Of a stretch of 64,000 bases of DNA, positions 61,285 to 64,000 are shown one piece after another. Position 1 is the first letter of the stretch, and each line of letters starts with the position of its first letter. The translations under genes and the position numbers were made by a program. This stretch comes from Methanotrichaceae archaeon (GTDB taxonomy: Archaea > Halobacteriota > Methanosarcinia > Methanotrichales > Methanotrichaceae). The notes below the pieces were generated by a model. It was given only the letters and a program-made list of their open reading frames with translations, was not told where the DNA came from and did not search any database. The DNA is taken from positions 96,001 to 160,000 of the forward strand of contig CAVWIG010000018.1 of NCBI GenBank assembly GCA_963754945.1, read 5' to 3'.

Positions 61285-62555
61285 GGTAGTGTGCCGAGAT
61301 TTCTGTAATTTGGAGTTGCCCTGTATCCCAACATACTCAATCAGCATCCATAGATAAATACTTTTTAGCGGTCAGCCATTCTTCGTTGATATCGATGAGG
61401 ATCGAAACCCCTAACCTCATGAACGAGCTCTCACTTGGGAAGGCACCGACTACCCTGGATCTTCTTTTCAGCTCCTTGTTGATCCTCTCCAGCCCGTTTG
61501 TAGTCCGAATCCTTCTCCAGTGACCTCTGGGGAATGCCCTGTAATTCCACAGACTGAATCTGAAGCGGTCGATAGTGTCAGCAGATTTCGCATAACCTCT
61601 TTCCCTCAATTCTTTCGCTAAGTCCTGTATCTTGATTTCGTCTTCCAGAGCGATCTTGATCTTATCGGCGATCTCCTTATGATACTTCTTGGCAACGTTT
61701 CTCAAGACCGCTCTTGAAAAGTGAACGTGACACATTTGCCATGAAGCACCAAGAAATGATTTCTCAACCGCTTTCTGGATTCCCTTATGACCATCTGATA
61801 TCACGAGCTTTACTCCGGACAACCCACGATCCGCCAGATCTTGAAATAATCCCGACCAGAAGAGTTCATCTTCACTGTCAGCTATTCTTGCGCCAAGTAT
61901 CTCGCGATAACCGTCATCTCTAACACCTGTGACGATCATGAAAGCTTTGGTAACATATCTTGATTCTGTTCTTACTTTGAAGTAGCTTGCATCTACATAA
62001 AGATAAGGAATAGGACGTTCGATAGGTTTCTTCAGGAATTCTTCTACCTTCTCGTCAAGCTCTTTGGATATCCTGGAAACGCTAGAGGCAGATAAATTCT
62101 CGATGCCAAATCGAGAGACAATATCTTGGATTCTCCTGGTTGAAACCCCCTGGAGATACGATTCGAGTACAGCGTTGACCAAAGCCTTCTCTACGCGCGA
62201 AAATCTGTCGAACACCTTGGTTTCGAAGGAAATTTCACGGAATTGAGGTTTCTTGAGTCGGAGCTCTCCAACTCGCGTCTTCAGAGATCTTTCCTTGTAG
62301 CCATTCCTATGTGCCTTTCGGGATTCGACTCTCTGATACGGTTCTGCATCTGCCTGTTGCGCCGCTTCTAGCTGCATTACAAGGTTCAAGAACCAGGTCA
62401 GAAGCTTCTTTAGTCCATCTTCCTGATCGATAAGGTAATCTTCCAAGAGTGCTATGGGTATCATGGTCCTGTGTCCTCCTTTTCTCAAGATTGGATAGGA
62501 TACAGGGCCGATAATCATTCTTATTATCAAAGTACAGAAAAATCGTTACACTGCC
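61285..62555 (-). mobile_element. IS256-family element copy 2 (inverted)
   Basis: 1271 bp, same transposase as copy 1. Confidence 0.93.
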
Positions 62556-62782
62556 GCTCTTGGGGGTTCGGAGAACGTTTCGGCTGCTTCTCCACTAAGT
62601 CAATTAGACCAAATGAGTCAGGAAGTATTATTCGGCGATATGAGCGGATGGCTACCTAGCTAAAAGCTTTACTTCTGGATGTCAAGAATTCTAAAGAGGA
62701 GTAAAATCCAGCTACTCGCCTCTTTCAATTACCCAAATCCATTTTTAGACGAATGGCTATTATTGCAATTAGAGGTTCAACC

Positions 62783-62903
62783 ATGAAATTGCTAATTGGC
62801 ATAGTGTCCTTGTTATTGGTAATTGGCATAGCGACATCTGTACCGGGCAATTCTTCCGTCAAAAGCATAATACCGGGTAGCATAGCGAGGAATATCACAA
62901 ATC
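62783..62903 (+). pseudogene. 5' fragment of exported protein cut by IS66
   Basis: MKLLIGIVSLLLVIGIATS signal peptide running into the IS end. Confidence 0.6.
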
Positions 62904-64000
62904 GTATGTGTTTAGCTGGTTAGCTTTGCCGTTAGCATTTGGAGACAATCCAGATCTTTCTGTCCCCAGGTTGCCAGCACCGTCATGATTCGCTCGTGAA
63001 TCGATGTCCCTTTTTCATTGCGCAGCGTGCCCAAGATCTTTCTCAAAACGACATGGGGTCGCAACGCTCTCTCTGCTCTATTATTGGTCGGCTCTACGCC
63101 CGGATTAATGATAAACGTGAACCAGTAATTGAATCCGTTGCTAATTTTACCGATGAATTTTTGGATTATTTCTAGAGGATACTCTTTCATGATCCATTGC
63201 TTTAGCGCTTCTCGTGCCGAATGCCATAAATCCGCTCGGATTTCTGGTGGAGGATCACTTTCCAGAGCTTTAGTCAATGATTCATAAAGCGTTTTTAGCG
63301 CTTCATGCAACGGAATCGCTTCCTCGAACTTCTCGGCAAGGTCTTTCGATTCTCGAAGTAGATGGGCCCAACATCGTTGCAAGCGATTTGTGAATTTAGC
63401 ATAAGGTTTCCACCCATCGCATACGATTATTCCCTTGAATCTCCGTGTCAGAACTTCCGTCAGAACCTTCATGCCTCGGCTCTTTCGAATCACGAAAAAT
63501 GTCTCAGATTGTGTGGTAAATGTCCAGATCCAGTGTTTTTCTCCCTGGACGTGGATTGACGTTTCGTCTACGTAGAGAATCGGAGCATCTCGAATTTTGT
63601 TTAAAATCGCATCGTATTCAGATCTAACGGCATCAGCAGCGCGCCGGGTTAAATCAAGTATCGTAGCAGGACTTATTTTCAGCCCATACAGTCTCTTCAG
63701 AGCGTCTCGGATTTTTCTGTGAGGCAGTCTATCTTCGTATCTGAATAGTGTCGCCAGTGAGATTATGTTTTTACCAAATTTACCTTCGTGTGGGCAGTCA
63801 GAATTGCCTGCAACAACTTCTTTTTGGCAGCAGGGACATCTGTAATGCGCGATTTTGTATTCAGTGACGGTGATAGGTTGAGGTTCCGGAATTTCTTCAA
63901 TAATCTTCGAATCAATTCGAAAAGGAAGGCCAAGTTCTGCTCCGCAATCTGGGCACAGATCCATTGTAACTTCCACTTGCTTATCTGGAGTCGCATAAGG
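62904..64000 (-). mobile_element. IS66-family (single-ORF type) element, partial
   Basis: CPDCG zinc finger, YVDET, QRCWAHLLR, PTNNRAERALR; end GTATGTGTTTAGC. Confidence 0.9.

Overview
Chromosomal window from a methanogenic archaeon, most likely Methanothrix/Methanotrichales-like (inferred from the mcrB-mcrD-mcrG order without mcrC, a phosphoribulokinase gene and the small exported proteins). GC-richer housekeeping blocks (mcrBDG, topA, three tRNAs, pelota, Lrp plus aminotransferase, SRP/7S RNA, tiaS, ppaC, tmk, mptE, cgi121, map, GGGP synthase, rpl40e) alternate with AT-rich accessory segments full of IS elements (IS5, IS701, IS256, IS1, IS1634, IS66, solo TnpB) and three MITE families. The main finding is a ~14 kb integrative element next to the SRP RNA gene. 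It carries a tyrosine integrase, a unidirectional satellite-like cassette ending in a Cys-rich SF2 helicase, and a 17-bp copy of SRP RNA sequence at its far end, where an archaemetzincin gene is truncated. Other notable points: a four-level transposon nest, an IS256-bounded inversion supported by swapped target duplications, a frameshifted phosphoribulokinase, a degenerate TtuA-like protein, an apparently exported M32 carboxypeptidase and a truncated ApeA-like defence gene. All calls were made by eye from motifs; no database searches were run.
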